Part shown: piece after piece, positions 16,291-26,912 of the stretch
Layout of the letters: each line of letters starts with the position of its first letter
Numbering within the stretch: position 1 is the stretch's first letter
Virus record (IMG/VR): IMGVR_UViG_3300032241_002336
Span: 1-64,000 of that record
Length of the DNA: 64,000 bases
Direction: 5' to 3' (one strand)
From: a virus
Made by a program: the position numbers and the translations under genes
Notes under the pieces: generated by a model
The model's database searches: none
Seen by the model: the letters and a program-made list of their open reading frames with translations, nothing else
What the model was told of the DNA's origin: nothing

Positions 16291-17657
16291 ACTGCTTCTT
16301 TGACATCTTTTTTTGCTTCTGGAGCGTGTTTTACCGCATCATCAGGATTACCTGTTTTTGGTTTTGGCGCAGAAATTTCTTGTTTTCCAGATTGTTTCAC
16401 TAGACTTTTTGCTTCAGACGCTTGTTTTTTTACATTATCTCCCCAATGACCTTCTTTTGGTTTAGGGGCATGAAACTCTTTACCATTGGCTACGCTGCCT
16501 TCGATATGTTTCTTAGCTTCTTTAGCTTGTCCTTTTACATTATCTTCCCGATGACCTTCTTTTGGTTTAGGAGCATGAAATTCTTTACCATCAGATGCAT
16601 TACCTTCAATATGTTCCCCAGCTTCTTTGGCATAGTCAACAGCATCGTCAAGGTCACCTTCTTTAGCAGGATGATCATCAATATTATCGGCTTCCATAAT
16701 AGCCTTAGTTTTTTTCCAAATTTCATCAAATTTAGCATTCTCGTTAATTCTATCTTTGCCTTTTACAGTACCAAGAGTAGTTTCTGATTTATAATTAAAC
16801 AAAGCTTTCATTCTTTGAATATCTTCATTTACTAATTTTTTATCCGCTGCCATAAGAACAACTGCTGAGCCATCTTCTGATGAGCCTTCCCAACGGATTC
16901 TATAATTTTCATTACCGTCAGTCATTTCAAATATTTTATTGTCTACTTTATAGCTTTCTGGAATTAATTTAAGTGCGTTTCCAACGCCATTAAACTCACT
17001 TTTAAATCTTAATCTTTTCATGGTTTCTTTTATTTGATTATTTTTTTTATTTGTATTTTCAAAAGCATATGGTTTATTGCCATAATCTTTTCTATCAGCT
17101 TCAATATCTTTACCCTGAAGATGTATTGTAGGGGTTTCTTTATTTCTTAATTCAATACTCTTTTTAATTTTTTTAACAAGATTTTCCCCGAATTTTGGAT
17201 TTCCACCCCATGGTTCTTCTACTACATTAGCCCATTCATTGCTATTTCCCATTCTAGCACTACCAGCAATTGCTTCCATGGCTCTTTCAGTAAAGTTTGA
17301 ATCTGGTTCACGATCATATTGAACCATCTCCATACCATTCATGATTTCCATTTGATCATGATATTCTTCCTCTTTTTTAGTGTTATAGTTAAATTTATTT
17401 ATAGCCATTTCATCTTTATTAGGATCTTGTTTCTTAAACCCCTTTTCATAAGATTTCATTTCTTTGGCAATATCATCAACACCTTCTGAATTTGATTTTT
17501 TATTCTTTTTAGAAATTTCGCTACTCAACTTTTTTGCTGGAAAATTACTAGGCACGGGTGCACCAATATTAGCATCAACAGTTTCTTTCGGATTATTGTC
17601 CACAACTTCTTGAATAAAAGTTTTGTTTAAATACTGTTTTATAATGTTTTTATCCAT
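16275..17657 (-). CDS. Probable internal head/core protein with ~36-aa C-terminal repeats
   Basis: Many (I/L/V)xE sites; repeats HAPKPKEGH..DNVK.QA.EAK; TATTTATA at 17671. Confidence 0.65.
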   Translation of the reverse strand: MDKNIIKQYLNKTFIQEVVDNNPKETVDANIGAPVPSNFPAKKLSSEISKKNKKSNSEGVDDIAKEMKSYEKGFKKQDPNKDEMAINKFNYNTKKEEEYHDQMEIMNGMEMVQYDREPDSNFTERAMEAIAGSARMGNSNEWANVVEEPWGGNPKFGENLVKKIKKSIELRNKETPTIHLQGKDIEADRKDYGNKPYAFENTNKKNNQIKETMKRLRFKSEFNGVGNALKLIPESYKVDNKIFEMTDGNENYRIRWEGSSEDGSAVVLMAADKKLVNEDIQRMKALFNYKSETTLGTVKGKDRINENAKFDEIWKKTKAIMEADNIDDHPAKEGDLDDAVDYAKEAGEHIEGNASDGKEFHAPKPKEGHREDNVKGQAKEAKKHIEGSVANGKEFHAPKPKEGHWGDNVKKQASEAKSLVKQSGKQEISAPKPKTGNPDDAVKHAPEAKKDVKEAVKKKQ

Positions 17658-17688
17658 TTTTGTATTTTAATATAAATATCACAGAAAA

Positions 17689-19182
17689 TTATAAAGATTT
17701 ATTATTATTTAATTTTGATTCAATTACTTTTTGAATATCTTCAACATTTCTACCTGTTATTTTAGCTATTTCAGTATAAATATTTTTAGAAATTACGGAA
17801 TCTTTAGTTTTATGTGTTTTTACAACATTATCGACAGCTCCCTGACTACATTTGCCATTTTGCGCTGCTTTGTTATTATTGAGTCTGACACATGGATCAA
17901 ATTCAACCATTTCTCCATTAGGATACTGTGTTTTTTTATTACCAGCCCAATTTTTTTTATCCTTAGCCCAAATAGCTGGCTGTGTATATTGTCCAGTACT
18001 CGAAGATTGTGGTGTACCACCAGCCGCAGCGGTTGTTTCTTTTACTAAAGCCTTTTTGTCTTTTTTATTATTTTTGTTTTCTTTTTTAAGCCCAAATAAT
18101 TCTTCCTCATCATTAATAATTTCACCGATTTGTTTTGATGGACTATTTTCTGATGACATATTTTTATTTTGAGGTGAAAATAAACCAGTAAATGAGCCAG
18201 AACTACTTGCTCCAGTTGTTTCGTCTACAGCATCCATAGAGTCTTTATCACTATCGTTTAGGGCTTTTACAATATTTCTATCTTTTTGATATATGTCCAA
18301 TAAATCATTTTTTAATTCATCATCTAATTTAATAAAATTTTCCTTGGATATATTTTTAATATTATCATTTACATAGCTAGTTATATCTTCATCATTTAAT
18401 TCATAACTAGTATTAGGGAGTTCTTCTCTGGGTATTTCGTCATAATACAAAACATACTTACCGTCAGGTCCGTCAAGAATAGCTATTTCCATATTCATGG
18501 CTATTGTTTTGAACATTTTTGGTTTTTTGGAAACATATACTTCTGGTTCTTTTTTAGAATATTTTGCTTCTGGACTATCTGGATGTGGTTCTACATTGTA
18601 ATAAGCCTCATCCATTTCAGGATTCATGAGTTGTTGACCCTTTGGATCTTTTAATTTATTTTTACTCCAAGGGGCTATTGGATCTTTTTCAATTTTGTCA
18701 GTAATTTTTTCAATTTCTTCTTTTTTCTCTATCATTTTTTTTGATGGATCATTGCTAAATTTCCTATTGAATAGATTTTTAATTTTATATATTCCACCAC
18801 TAAGAACACCGACAACACCAACACCAGTCAAATAACTAATTATATCACCCCATGTAATACCATTTTCAACAAAAAATTTATCCAAATGTTTTTGTGATGG
18901 ATTTAGCCAAATATTCTCAATAAGATTATGGATGGCTTGGTGTAACTCTGGACTAAATATATTTTCTTTTAAACTATCAGGAAGTGGATTTGGTTTAAAT
19001 TTCTTATTCCCACCAGGCACATGAGTTTTTTTTAAGATACTCGCACCATTTTCTTTTATTTTTCTAAATTCGCCAGTAAAAGTCTTATCCACTCTGTTAA
19101 AACCACCTTTAACCCCAGTTGATTCATTTAGTTTTTTTAACATTACATTATACTGTTCCTGAGTTATTTTAATTTTTTTCAT
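17689..19182 (-). CDS. Probable internal head protein
   Basis: MKKIKITQEQY..LNE N-terminus; ETT..SS.G.(F/Y) repeats; one hydrophobic segment. Confidence 0.6.
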   Translation of the reverse strand: MKKIKITQEQYNVMLKKLNESTGVKGGFNRVDKTFTGEFRKIKENGASILKKTHVPGGNKKFKPNPLPDSLKENIFSPELHQAIHNLIENIWLNPSQKHLDKFFVENGITWGDIISYLTGVGVVGVLSGGIYKIKNLFNRKFSNDPSKKMIEKKEEIEKITDKIEKDPIAPWSKNKLKDPKGQQLMNPEMDEAYYNVEPHPDSPEAKYSKKEPEVYVSKKPKMFKTIAMNMEIAILDGPDGKYVLYYDEIPREELPNTSYELNDEDITSYVNDNIKNISKENFIKLDDELKNDLLDIYQKDRNIVKALNDSDKDSMDAVDETTGASSSGSFTGLFSPQNKNMSSENSPSKQIGEIINDEEELFGLKKENKNNKKDKKALVKETTAAAGGTPQSSSTGQYTQPAIWAKDKKNWAGNKKTQYPNGEMVEFDPCVRLNNNKAAQNGKCSQGAVDNVVKTHKTKDSVISKNIYTEIAKITGRNVEDIQKVIESKLNNNKSL

Positions 19183-19185
19183 AAA

Positions 19186-19422
19186 TTAACTTTTTTTATT
19201 GCTTAATCCACTTAACCAAGTGTTTCTTCTTGTCCATAATGTCTTATATAGTTGTGTAAGAACATTTTTATTAATTTCAACAACTTTGTCTTCCAGTTCT
19301 TTATTATTTCTGAGTCTATCGTTTACTATTCGTTCAATTTTAGTCTTAAACTCAGCACTACTCATATAGGTTTTTATACCCTTTTCTATATCACTTTTAT
19401 TTAAATCTTCATTAATTTTCAT
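19186..19422 (-). CDS. Small probable virion protein
   Basis: MKINEDL start; TATTTATA at 19449. Confidence 0.6.
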   Translation of the reverse strand: MKINEDLNKSDIEKGIKTYMSSAEFKTKIERIVNDRLRNNKELEDKVVEINKNVLTQLYKTLWTRRNTWLSGLSNKKS

Positions 19423-19472
19423 AGTTACTAATAGAATTTTTAATATATTATAAATATATTAAAAAAAACAAA

Positions 19473-19492
19473 AAAAGAGACTTTCGTCTCTT
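19473..19492 (-). terminator. Intrinsic terminator
   Basis: AAGAGAC-GAAA-GTCTCTT followed by a T-run. Confidence 0.65.
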
Positions 19493-19524
19493 AATGATTG
19501 AATATTATTAATTTAAAATAAAAA

Positions 19525-19974
19525 TTATAAAATTAAAATAAATGTTAAAATCCCAATTCCTATGAATCCAATAATTTTTAATCTTTTTTGCTTTTTTATT
19601 TGTTTATTCTGGACGTTAATCGTATTTTCAAGATAGCCTATTTCATTTTTTTGATTATCAATAATTTGCATTAAAAGTTCCATTTGGTTATCTTTATTTT
19701 GGCTAAGAATCTCTAGTTTTTTAATATCAATCATTTGTAGCATAATGATTGATTTATAAATTTTTTCGTTTTCTTCATAAACATCTAAAATGCTATCTAC
19801 ATATTGTTTATCCAATAGATCAGAGAGGATTACCCTTGCATCCTTTACATTCATAACTATCAAAGTGTCCCCTTTGGGGTTTATTAGCAACTTTACTTCT
19901 CCATTTGAGATAGTCTGAGAGTTGCCTAGCAACACCGTTAGCATCAAGGTCGTTAACAATATTATGTACTTCAT
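19525..19974 (-). CDS. Exported coiled-coil protein with C-terminal TM (spanin-like candidate)
   Basis: N-terminal signal peptide, coiled coil, C-terminal hydrophobic helix. Confidence 0.55.
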   Translation of the reverse strand: MKYIILLTTLMLTVLLGNSQTISNGEVKLLINPKGDTLIVMNVKDARVILSDLLDKQYVDSILDVYEENEKIYKSIIMLQMIDIKKLEILSQNKDNQMELLMQIIDNQKNEIGYLENTINVQNKQIKKQKRLKIIGFIGIGILTFILIL

Positions 19975-20239
19975 GTCTTTTTTTATTTAAAACTTCTATA
20001 ATTGAATCTTGGTCAAACACGTATTCAACATATTCATCAATGGCTGTATTACTTTCTTTAATTTGTGTTAATAAGCTATCATTACTTTTTTTAAAATTAT
20101 TAACAAGATTCAATAATGAATCATTTTTTAAATTAATTTTATTTATTTCTTTTTTATAATCATTTTTTTTAACTGTAAGTATAATTCCGTAAATGCTAAT
20201 TAATAATAAAATTAATGATATAAAAACTTTTAATTTCAT
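19820..20239 (-). CDS. N-anchored coiled-coil membrane protein (i-spanin-like candidate)
   Basis: N-terminal TM then coiled coil; overlaps the next gene by 155 nt. Confidence 0.55.
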   Translation of the reverse strand: MKLKVFISLILLLISIYGIILTVKKNDYKKEINKINLKNDSLLNLVNNFKKSNDSLLTQIKESNTAIDEYVEYVFDQDSIIEVLNKKRHEVHNIVNDLDANGVARQLSDYLKWRSKVANKPQRGHFDSYECKGCKGNPL

Positions 20240-20245
20240 AAATTA

Positions 20246-20764
20246 TTATTTTATTTTATATTCATTGGTTAATTTAGTTGACCATTCTTTAATAAAATTT
20301 TGGAAATACCCATCTACTCTTTTCATCATATCAAGTAAATTAGAATCTAGGGGTATTTTAACTGGTTCACTATTATTATCTGTTATAGATATAATTGCAT
20401 TTTTTTCTTTTAATGAAAAATAAAAATTAAGACCCGTAAAACTTCTACATTCGATTTCAACATCACTATCTCTTGGATATATTTTAAATTTAGTAATTTG
20501 AACTCTCGAATCAATAGTATCTTTTATTTTTTTTAATTCTTCTACATAATTTGGATCATTTTCAGATGGAGTAATTACATCTTTTCCCTCATCATGAGGC
20601 TCAGCATTATAATCTATTTCAGCACTATTATTTGGTGTTTCATTATTAGATTCATCATTAATATCCAACTGAGTTTCTTCTTTAATGATATTTTTTTTGC
20701 TATTTCTAATAGCATCAATCATTAATTTGGTATAATCGTGTTCGTTAATTAAATTTTTTTTCAT
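20246..20764 (-). CDS. Hypothetical, probable virion protein
   Basis: LINE and IIKE motifs near the N-terminus. Confidence 0.6.
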   Translation of the reverse strand: MKKNLINEHDYTKLMIDAIRNSKKNIIKEETQLDINDESNNETPNNSAEIDYNAEPHDEGKDVITPSENDPNYVEELKKIKDTIDSRVQITKFKIYPRDSDVEIECRSFTGLNFYFSLKEKNAIISITDNNSEPVKIPLDSNLLDMMKRVDGYFQNFIKEWSTKLTNEYKIK

Positions 20765-21371
20765 TGTTTTCTAATTTATATTTAAACATTTCAAAATCCC
20801 ATGCTGGACTTAAATCGGTAAAATGTTTTTCTAAATTGCTCTTATATAAAATACCTGAAAAATTATCCAGATCATCAATCTTTGTATTATGTGATATGGC
20901 TACTTTTGGTATATAAAAATCCTCACACAATTTATTAACTAATTCTAATGTAGAATTAAATTGTTCATTCGTATAAGGTGCCCAATAAAAATAGTTTCTC
21001 CACTTTTTTTCAACTATTTCTTCAGGTTTATTATAAATATAACCAATCCAATTAATATACTTATTTTTCTCAAAATCTTTAATTAACCAACCATCGTTTT
21101 CCAATAAAATAACAATACTTTTTTTATCCAAATCATTATTTCCTAATATATTAGAACAATAAATTGGATCGAAATGTTTATAAACATTACCCTTCTTATT
21201 TATCGTAAATGGAGCTGTTTTTGTATAATTACCATTGAGTCTATTCGTCCACTTAGCAAAATTATTTTTTTCATTTTCACTAATATGACCAATGACTATT
21301 TGCTTTTTAATAGTCTCAATTTGAATATAATTTTTATCACTAATAGGATATTTTGAATTATTAATAATCAT
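20745..21371 (-). CDS. N-acetylmuramoyl-L-alanine amidase-like protein (Amidase_2)
   Basis: IVIGH, FTINKKGNVY, SIVILLEN, YTNEQFNS, ISHN, TDLSP.WDF. Confidence 0.7.
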   Translation of the reverse strand: MIINNSKYPISDKNYIQIETIKKQIVIGHISENEKNNFAKWTNRLNGNYTKTAPFTINKKGNVYKHFDPIYCSNILGNNDLDKKSIVILLENDGWLIKDFEKNKYINWIGYIYNKPEEIVEKKWRNYFYWAPYTNEQFNSTLELVNKLCEDFYIPKVAISHNTKIDDLDNFSGILYKSNLEKHFTDLSPAWDFEMFKYKLENNEKKFN

Positions 21372-22585
21372 TATTTAAATCTTTTAATAATGTTATTTTT
21401 AGGATGTGGTATATTCATACTAAATCCACGATTTGTTTCTTTTATTTCTTTAATGTCGTTTAACTCTACTTTACCATTTGGTATGACAGGTTCGTTTTTA
21501 ATAGGTATTTCAACAATTTCTTCAACATCTTCAATAGGCTCCTTATTAATTTCTTCAATTGTTTCTTCAACTACTATATCAATCGGTTCTTCAATTGATT
21601 CCTCAATTTCATCCTCAATTTCTTTTTGAGTACCTTCAATTATTTCTTCTTTATCATCAAATACTTCAATTGATTTTTCAGTTTCTTTTTCTTTATGCTC
21701 AACTATTTTCTCTGGTTTTATATCTTCTTTAAATTCTACATTTTTTTCAGAAAAAGGAATAGTCGGAATTTCTGTATTATCAGTTTTTACATTTTCTTGT
21801 TCCAATTGCTGTACTTTGTTAAAAGCTATAACAAGCGCAACTGCTAATGGATCAAAAACAAATATAAGAAGTAAAATAAAATAGTTTACAACTTTATCCA
21901 TCGGATATCCAGTTAATTGAGCGAGATATTTTAATGGCCCAATTTCACTATTTGTAGTACTTTTTGATTTAGCATCAATGGCTTTACTTGAATATAGATT
22001 TGAAGAATCTAATAATATACTATTTTTAGCATTTAAAGTATCAATATCTTTATTTAAATTCTGTATCTCAAGCGTTGATAAGGATATATCATTTCTAGCC
22101 CTATTTCTGTTAGCGTTACTAGTCGCAGCATCCAATCTTGATTCTTGATTATTTCTTAAACTACTGAGTTGTTCTAGTCTTTTTGATTTTGTATTTATAA
22201 TATTTTGATTATCTAAAATATTTTTATCAAATAAAGCTTTTTTATTAGTCAATACAGAAATTTCGTTCTCGCTTATTTGGTATTTATTAGCTGTTTTTTG
22301 ATATGCATTTGATAGAAATCCATATATACCAGCAGATGTTATACAGACTAAAATAAAAACACCTATTGATAAATAAATTTTTAAGGAGTTTGAAATTTTA
22401 TGCCAGAATCTTTGTAATAGACTTACACTTATAATTTTACTAAATTCGAGACTAGATGCCATTATAATAACCGCCAAACTAGCTCCTGCGAATAATTGAC
22501 TCAATCCGAAGACAGAATAATATGCAGCAGAAGAAGCAAGTAAAAATGCTGATAATGCTACAATATAACTAAACCTTATTTTCAT
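21371..22585 (-). CDS. Multi-TM coiled-coil membrane protein with acidic tail
   Basis: SAAYYSVFGL..LFAGA, TSAGIYGFLS, IFVFDPLAVAL. Confidence 0.75.
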   Translation of the reverse strand: MKIRFSYIVALSAFLLASSAAYYSVFGLSQLFAGASLAVIIMASSLEFSKIISVSLLQRFWHKISNSLKIYLSIGVFILVCITSAGIYGFLSNAYQKTANKYQISENEISVLTNKKALFDKNILDNQNIINTKSKRLEQLSSLRNNQESRLDAATSNANRNRARNDISLSTLEIQNLNKDIDTLNAKNSILLDSSNLYSSKAIDAKSKSTTNSEIGPLKYLAQLTGYPMDKVVNYFILLLIFVFDPLAVALVIAFNKVQQLEQENVKTDNTEIPTIPFSEKNVEFKEDIKPEKIVEHKEKETEKSIEVFDDKEEIIEGTQKEIEDEIEESIEEPIDIVVEETIEEINKEPIEDVEEIVEIPIKNEPVIPNGKVELNDIKEIKETNRGFSMNIPHPKNNIIKRFK

Positions 22586-22603
22586 ATATTTTATTAATAA
22601 ATA

Positions 22604-23428
22604 TTATTCATTTATTAATGAATATAGATCATGAGAATTATGACGCAACTTTCTTAGACTTTTTTCTTTTATTTGTCTTATTCTTTCTTTTGTTAAATCA
22701 TATTTTTCACCAATTGCTTCAAGCGTCATTGGTTCAGAATCCCTATTAATACCATAATAAGATTGAATTATATCTCTTTCTCTTTCATCCAATATAGATA
22801 ATGTCGTATTTAGTTGATTTTTTATTCTATCATCTATTATTGATTCTTCCTCTTCATCAGAAGAAATTAAATCAATAATTTCATCACCATCTTCATTAAT
22901 AATATCATTCAATGATGAGCATTTTGGAAAACTATATAATTCAATTGGTTCATTATTGTCATCGAATAAATCACCATATATTGGCTCACGCTCATTTTCA
23001 TTTTCAAATTTTTCAATTTCTTTTTTTAAAAATGATATTTTATTAATTATATTTGCTGGTAATCTTACTGTTCTAGCATTCTCATTAAGACTCTGAATTA
23101 TGGATTGTTTAATCCACCAAACAGCATATGATATAAATCTAAATCCTCTAGTATGATCAAATCTACTAGCAGCTTTAACAAGACCATAGTTTCCCTCGCT
23201 TATTAAATCAGAAAGAGATAATCCTTGGTTCTGGTACTCTTTAGCAATGGAGACAACAAATTTTAAGTTCGCATTTATTAATTTTTCAATAGCTTTTTTA
23301 TCACCATTTTGTATTTCTTGAGCTAATGTTACTTCTTCATCTGGTGTTAATAAAATTGACTTTCTTACATCTTTAAAATACTTTGATAAACTATCTTGGC
23401 CATTCGAAATTACATTCTTTTTAATCAT
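22604..23428 (-). CDS. RNA polymerase sigma-70 factor, Bacteroidota primary-sigma-like
   Basis: ANLKFVVSIAKEYQNQGL, DLISEGNYGL, FISYAVWWIKQSI, region 4 LTKERIRQIKEK; no region 1.1. Confidence 0.93.
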   Translation of the reverse strand: MIKKNVISNGQDSLSKYFKDVRKSILLTPDEEVTLAQEIQNGDKKAIEKLINANLKFVVSIAKEYQNQGLSLSDLISEGNYGLVKAASRFDHTRGFRFISYAVWWIKQSIIQSLNENARTVRLPANIINKISFLKKEIEKFENENEREPIYGDLFDDNNEPIELYSFPKCSSLNDIINEDGDEIIDLISSDEEEESIIDDRIKNQLNTTLSILDERERDIIQSYYGINRDSEPMTLEAIGEKYDLTKERIRQIKEKSLRKLRHNSHDLYSLINE

Positions 23429-23513
23429 TTAAAACCTCATATTTGCATAAAATTGTTATTGTTCATAGAACATACAAATATACTCAAAAAATGCTAAAAG
23501 TCAAGGTTTTAAC

Positions 23514-24032
23514 CTAGTTTATAGCTAATTTTTTTAATATTTTTTTATCGTATTCTGATAATTTACTCGGTCCTTTTTCTAATAATTTATTTAATAAAAT
23601 TTCTTTTTCTTCAGAACTCATTTCATCAATATCCTCTAGAGAAATTTTATTTTTTTGTGGCTTTTTTTCTTTTATGTTTTTGAAATTATGAACTATTGTT
23701 GAGGATGTTAATTCTTGTATTAAGTCTTCTGTTTTTTGCTTTAAAAAACCCTCGGATAAATTATCCAAAAAACCAAATAACCCCTTACTTATATCCTCTT
23801 TAAGAATATTAAAACCAGAGTAATCTTTATTTAAATCAAAAATTAAAAAATTGCGATTCATATTTTTAAAAAAATCAGTTAATTCACTTGGTTCAGCATT
23901 TGACATAAATGTCGCAATTAATATACCCTTAGCATCTAAAATATTGGGACCTTTTTCAGCAATACTAGTTATTTCCTTTATAACACCATCTGTCTCACCC
24001 ATAACAACAATACAATAATTTCTAAATTTCAT
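23514..24032 (-). CDS. Hypothetical protein
   Basis: 172-aa ORF. Confidence 0.7.
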   Translation of the reverse strand: MKFRNYCIVVMGETDGVIKEITSIAEKGPNILDAKGILIATFMSNAEPSELTDFFKNMNRNFLIFDLNKDYSGFNILKEDISKGLFGFLDNLSEGFLKQKTEDLIQELTSSTIVHNFKNIKEKKPQKNKISLEDIDEMSSEEKEILLNKLLEKGPSKLSEYDKKILKKLAIN

Positions 24033-24033
24033 A

Positions 24034-26388
24034 CTATTTTAACGTTAATTTGGATATATTATTTTCTTTTTCCACCGTAACGATATTATCGGACCAATCT
24101 TTTATAAGATCATTATGTGTAATTAAAAATACAATTTCATACATATTCTTAATTTTATCAAATAATGTTTTTATCTTTTCAAGATTTTCATTAGCCACTT
24201 TTCCTAAAACTTCATCAAATGTGATGAAATTTGGCATAGGTAGAGTGGATAATTTACCCAGAATACTTCTTAGTGTTAAACTAGCCGCAGTCTTTTCAAG
24301 ACCACTACCAGATTTTAATAATTTTGTTATTCCATCCTTATTTAAATGGAATTGAACATCATTCTTATCATCAATAAATATCTCAACCTCAAAATCAACA
24401 ACATCATCTAAAAGCCTCTGTAATTCAGAATTAATAATTGGTAATACAGATCTGAGTACTAATTTACTAATCCCCTTTTTACCAACCAAGTCTATGTATA
24501 TTTTATATATTTTTTCTAATTCTTCTTCTTTTTTTATTTCTTTAATTAGTTTTTGTTTTATAATTATTTCACTTTCATTATTTTTAATATCCTGAGTAAT
24601 AGTCTGAATTTTGGATAAAAGATTTTCTTTACTATGATTTGCGACACTTAATTTAGTCTTAACTATATTAACATCGGCATCAGCTCTTCTATTATGCTCT
24701 ATGGCTTCTTGATTTAATTTATATTTTTTTAAATCATTATTTTTTTCATAAATTTTATTCCTGAGGCCACTCATTTCTACTTCACCCCTATCTCTTTCAA
24801 GTTCAAGTTTATTTTTTTCATCTATATTTTTCTTAATACTATCAAGAGATTGTAATTCAGTAACAATAATTACCAATTCTTTATCTAAATCAATAATTTC
24901 TTTTTCAATTTTATGAATTCTTTTTTTATGTGTCTCTATGTGTTCAGTATTATCTACATCATCCAATTTTCTATTACACGCTTTACAAATACCACCATCT
25001 ATTAAATCCTTTATTGTAGCTTCTAATCGTTTAACTTCAGCTTTTTTAAATAAAATATTAGTAGTAACAGTATTTTTATTTTTTGTTAAATCATAATACC
25101 TATCCTCATTAAAAATAATATCTCCAAACTCAATAATTTTTAAATTGATATTATTTACCTTTTCTTTTATTTTTAACCCAGTACTAGTATATTCTTTTAT
25201 TTCCGATTCTAATTTTGATGGATTTAATGAAATTATGCTGACATCTATAGTTATTTTACTATTAAGAAGTCTATCATTCTCATTATTCAAATCCTCTATT
25301 TCCTTCTTAACTTCTTCTAAAGAAATATTTAATTTTTCTTTAGCATCATTGCCCATATTAATCTTCTCTTCATGATCCTGTATTTCATGCATAAGAGTAA
25401 CTACGTCATAATCATTTGATTTTTTCTTTTTATCAAATTCATTATACATTTTTCTAACAACAACTTCCTTCATCTCTATTACCTCAAGACCTATTAATCT
25501 AGTTAATATTTTACCACTCTCAGTTGTTGTTAGACCAATTAAATCATCTAAATTTTTTTCAGTAGCTAATACAAGCATTTCAAAATCCTTTTCGCTACCT
25601 ATGGTATTTCTTAGTTTAGCCGTTGTCTTTATTGCATCTTCATCATTTAATTGTTCTTCTTCACCATCTGGCAATAATTTAAAATAGTTAACTTTATTAG
25701 TAACAGTCCATCCGCCACCCTTTTTGGCGGTTCTTTTCATTCTGCGTTCTATGATTAACTCTTCGTCAGAAATATCGATCATTCCCCTAACTGTCAATTC
25801 ATTCTTATCTGAAAATGAATTAAATATTTCCTCATTCTTATCCGTCTTTGTTGTACTGCCATGTAATAAAAATTTTAAAGCATCAATGGTTAAAGATGTT
25901 TTCCCACCTTGATTTGCGGGTAATGAATTTACTACTGTAAGCCCCTTTAATTTATTAAACGGAAGATAATTTTTTTCACCAAAAGATAAAAAATTATCTA
26001 TCATAAGCCATCTTATAGCCCAACTTCTGTGTTGGATATCATTATTTTCTATATTTAATTCAGCATTAATTTTTTCATCAAGATTTATAATTCTATTAAA
26101 ATCAACAATCTTATTTTCTCTTTTAATCCATTCTTTCATGAGTTCACGCTGATAGTTCGTGTCCATGATATTTTCAATACTAGCACCATTAATTTCAATT
26201 ATATTGCCATTTTCGGTAATTTTTATTGGTCTATATATAACATCAATATTATTCTTATTAAACCCATATTTCTTTGCAAAATGGCTTCTAATCTTATTCT
26301 TAGCTTCTTTACTATAGTTTTCAGGGACATCGTCCCAATATACCTTTACCTTAGCGTATGGCGATAATTTAATATCAAGATTCTCCAT
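24034..26388 (-). CDS. SbcC/Rad50-like ATPase (T4 gp46-like)
   Basis: Walker A NQGGKTS, zinc hook CKAC, signature SGSGLEK, Walker B FITFDE, H-loop LITH. Confidence 0.9.
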   Translation of the reverse strand: MENLDIKLSPYAKVKVYWDDVPENYSKEAKNKIRSHFAKKYGFNKNNIDVIYRPIKITENGNIIEINGASIENIMDTNYQRELMKEWIKRENKIVDFNRIINLDEKINAELNIENNDIQHRSWAIRWLMIDNFLSFGEKNYLPFNKLKGLTVVNSLPANQGGKTSLTIDALKFLLHGSTTKTDKNEEIFNSFSDKNELTVRGMIDISDEELIIERRMKRTAKKGGGWTVTNKVNYFKLLPDGEEEQLNDEDAIKTTAKLRNTIGSEKDFEMLVLATEKNLDDLIGLTTTESGKILTRLIGLEVIEMKEVVVRKMYNEFDKKKKSNDYDVVTLMHEIQDHEEKINMGNDAKEKLNISLEEVKKEIEDLNNENDRLLNSKITIDVSIISLNPSKLESEIKEYTSTGLKIKEKVNNINLKIIEFGDIIFNEDRYYDLTKNKNTVTTNILFKKAEVKRLEATIKDLIDGGICKACNRKLDDVDNTEHIETHKKRIHKIEKEIIDLDKELVIIVTELQSLDSIKKNIDEKNKLELERDRGEVEMSGLRNKIYEKNNDLKKYKLNQEAIEHNRRADADVNIVKTKLSVANHSKENLLSKIQTITQDIKNNESEIIIKQKLIKEIKKEEELEKIYKIYIDLVGKKGISKLVLRSVLPIINSELQRLLDDVVDFEVEIFIDDKNDVQFHLNKDGITKLLKSGSGLEKTAASLTLRSILGKLSTLPMPNFITFDEVLGKVANENLEKIKTLFDKIKNMYEIVFLITHNDLIKDWSDNIVTVEKENNISKLTLK

Positions 26389-26674
26389 ATATATCTTTTA
26401 TTTTTTCTCTAATATCAATTTTTTTATTGAGTTCGATATTTTTATTCTTTTCTTCTAGTAATTCTTCATGTAACTTTTTAATTTCATCATCATTAGTGAT
26501 GACTTTTTCCACTACTTTTTCTATTATTTGAGCTTTAGGCGTTGCACCATATTTTTCAACGGTAAACCCTTGCTTTATCATTTTTAAAATAAAACTATCA
26601 ATATCTGTAATATTGTTTAACTTACAGTAATTAATTATTTCATTATTAAGTGCTTGTGGTATCTCCATATTCAT
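26375..26674 (-). CDS. Hypothetical protein
   Basis: 99-aa ORF. Confidence 0.7.
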   Translation of the reverse strand: MNMEIPQALNNEIINYCKLNNITDIDSFILKMIKQGFTVEKYGATPKAQIIEKVVEKVITNDDEIKKLHEELLEEKNKNIELNKKIDIREKIKDIYGES

Positions 26675-26912
26675 TAGAATTTAATACATCGTTTACGTCT
26701 TCCTGTGTCTGGTGAAATAGACAAATCTCTCTATCATTTTTATCAACATATAGAGCAATTATTGGTTTGTCAACACGATACATGACTTTATCATCATCTT
26801 TATCATTAGTGTTCTCAATGTCAAAATAACCAACTTCACCATTCACAACTGTGAAATCGTTCATTTCTTCTGGAAGATTATTAATAAAATCTTTTAATTC
26901 TTTTAGTGTCAT
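26646..26912 (-). CDS. Hypothetical protein
   Basis: 88-aa ORF. Confidence 0.7.
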   Translation of the reverse strand: MTLKELKDFINNLPEEMNDFTVVNGEVGYFDIENTNDKDDDKVMYRVDKPIIALYVDKNDREICLFHQTQEDVNDVLNSNEYGDTTST

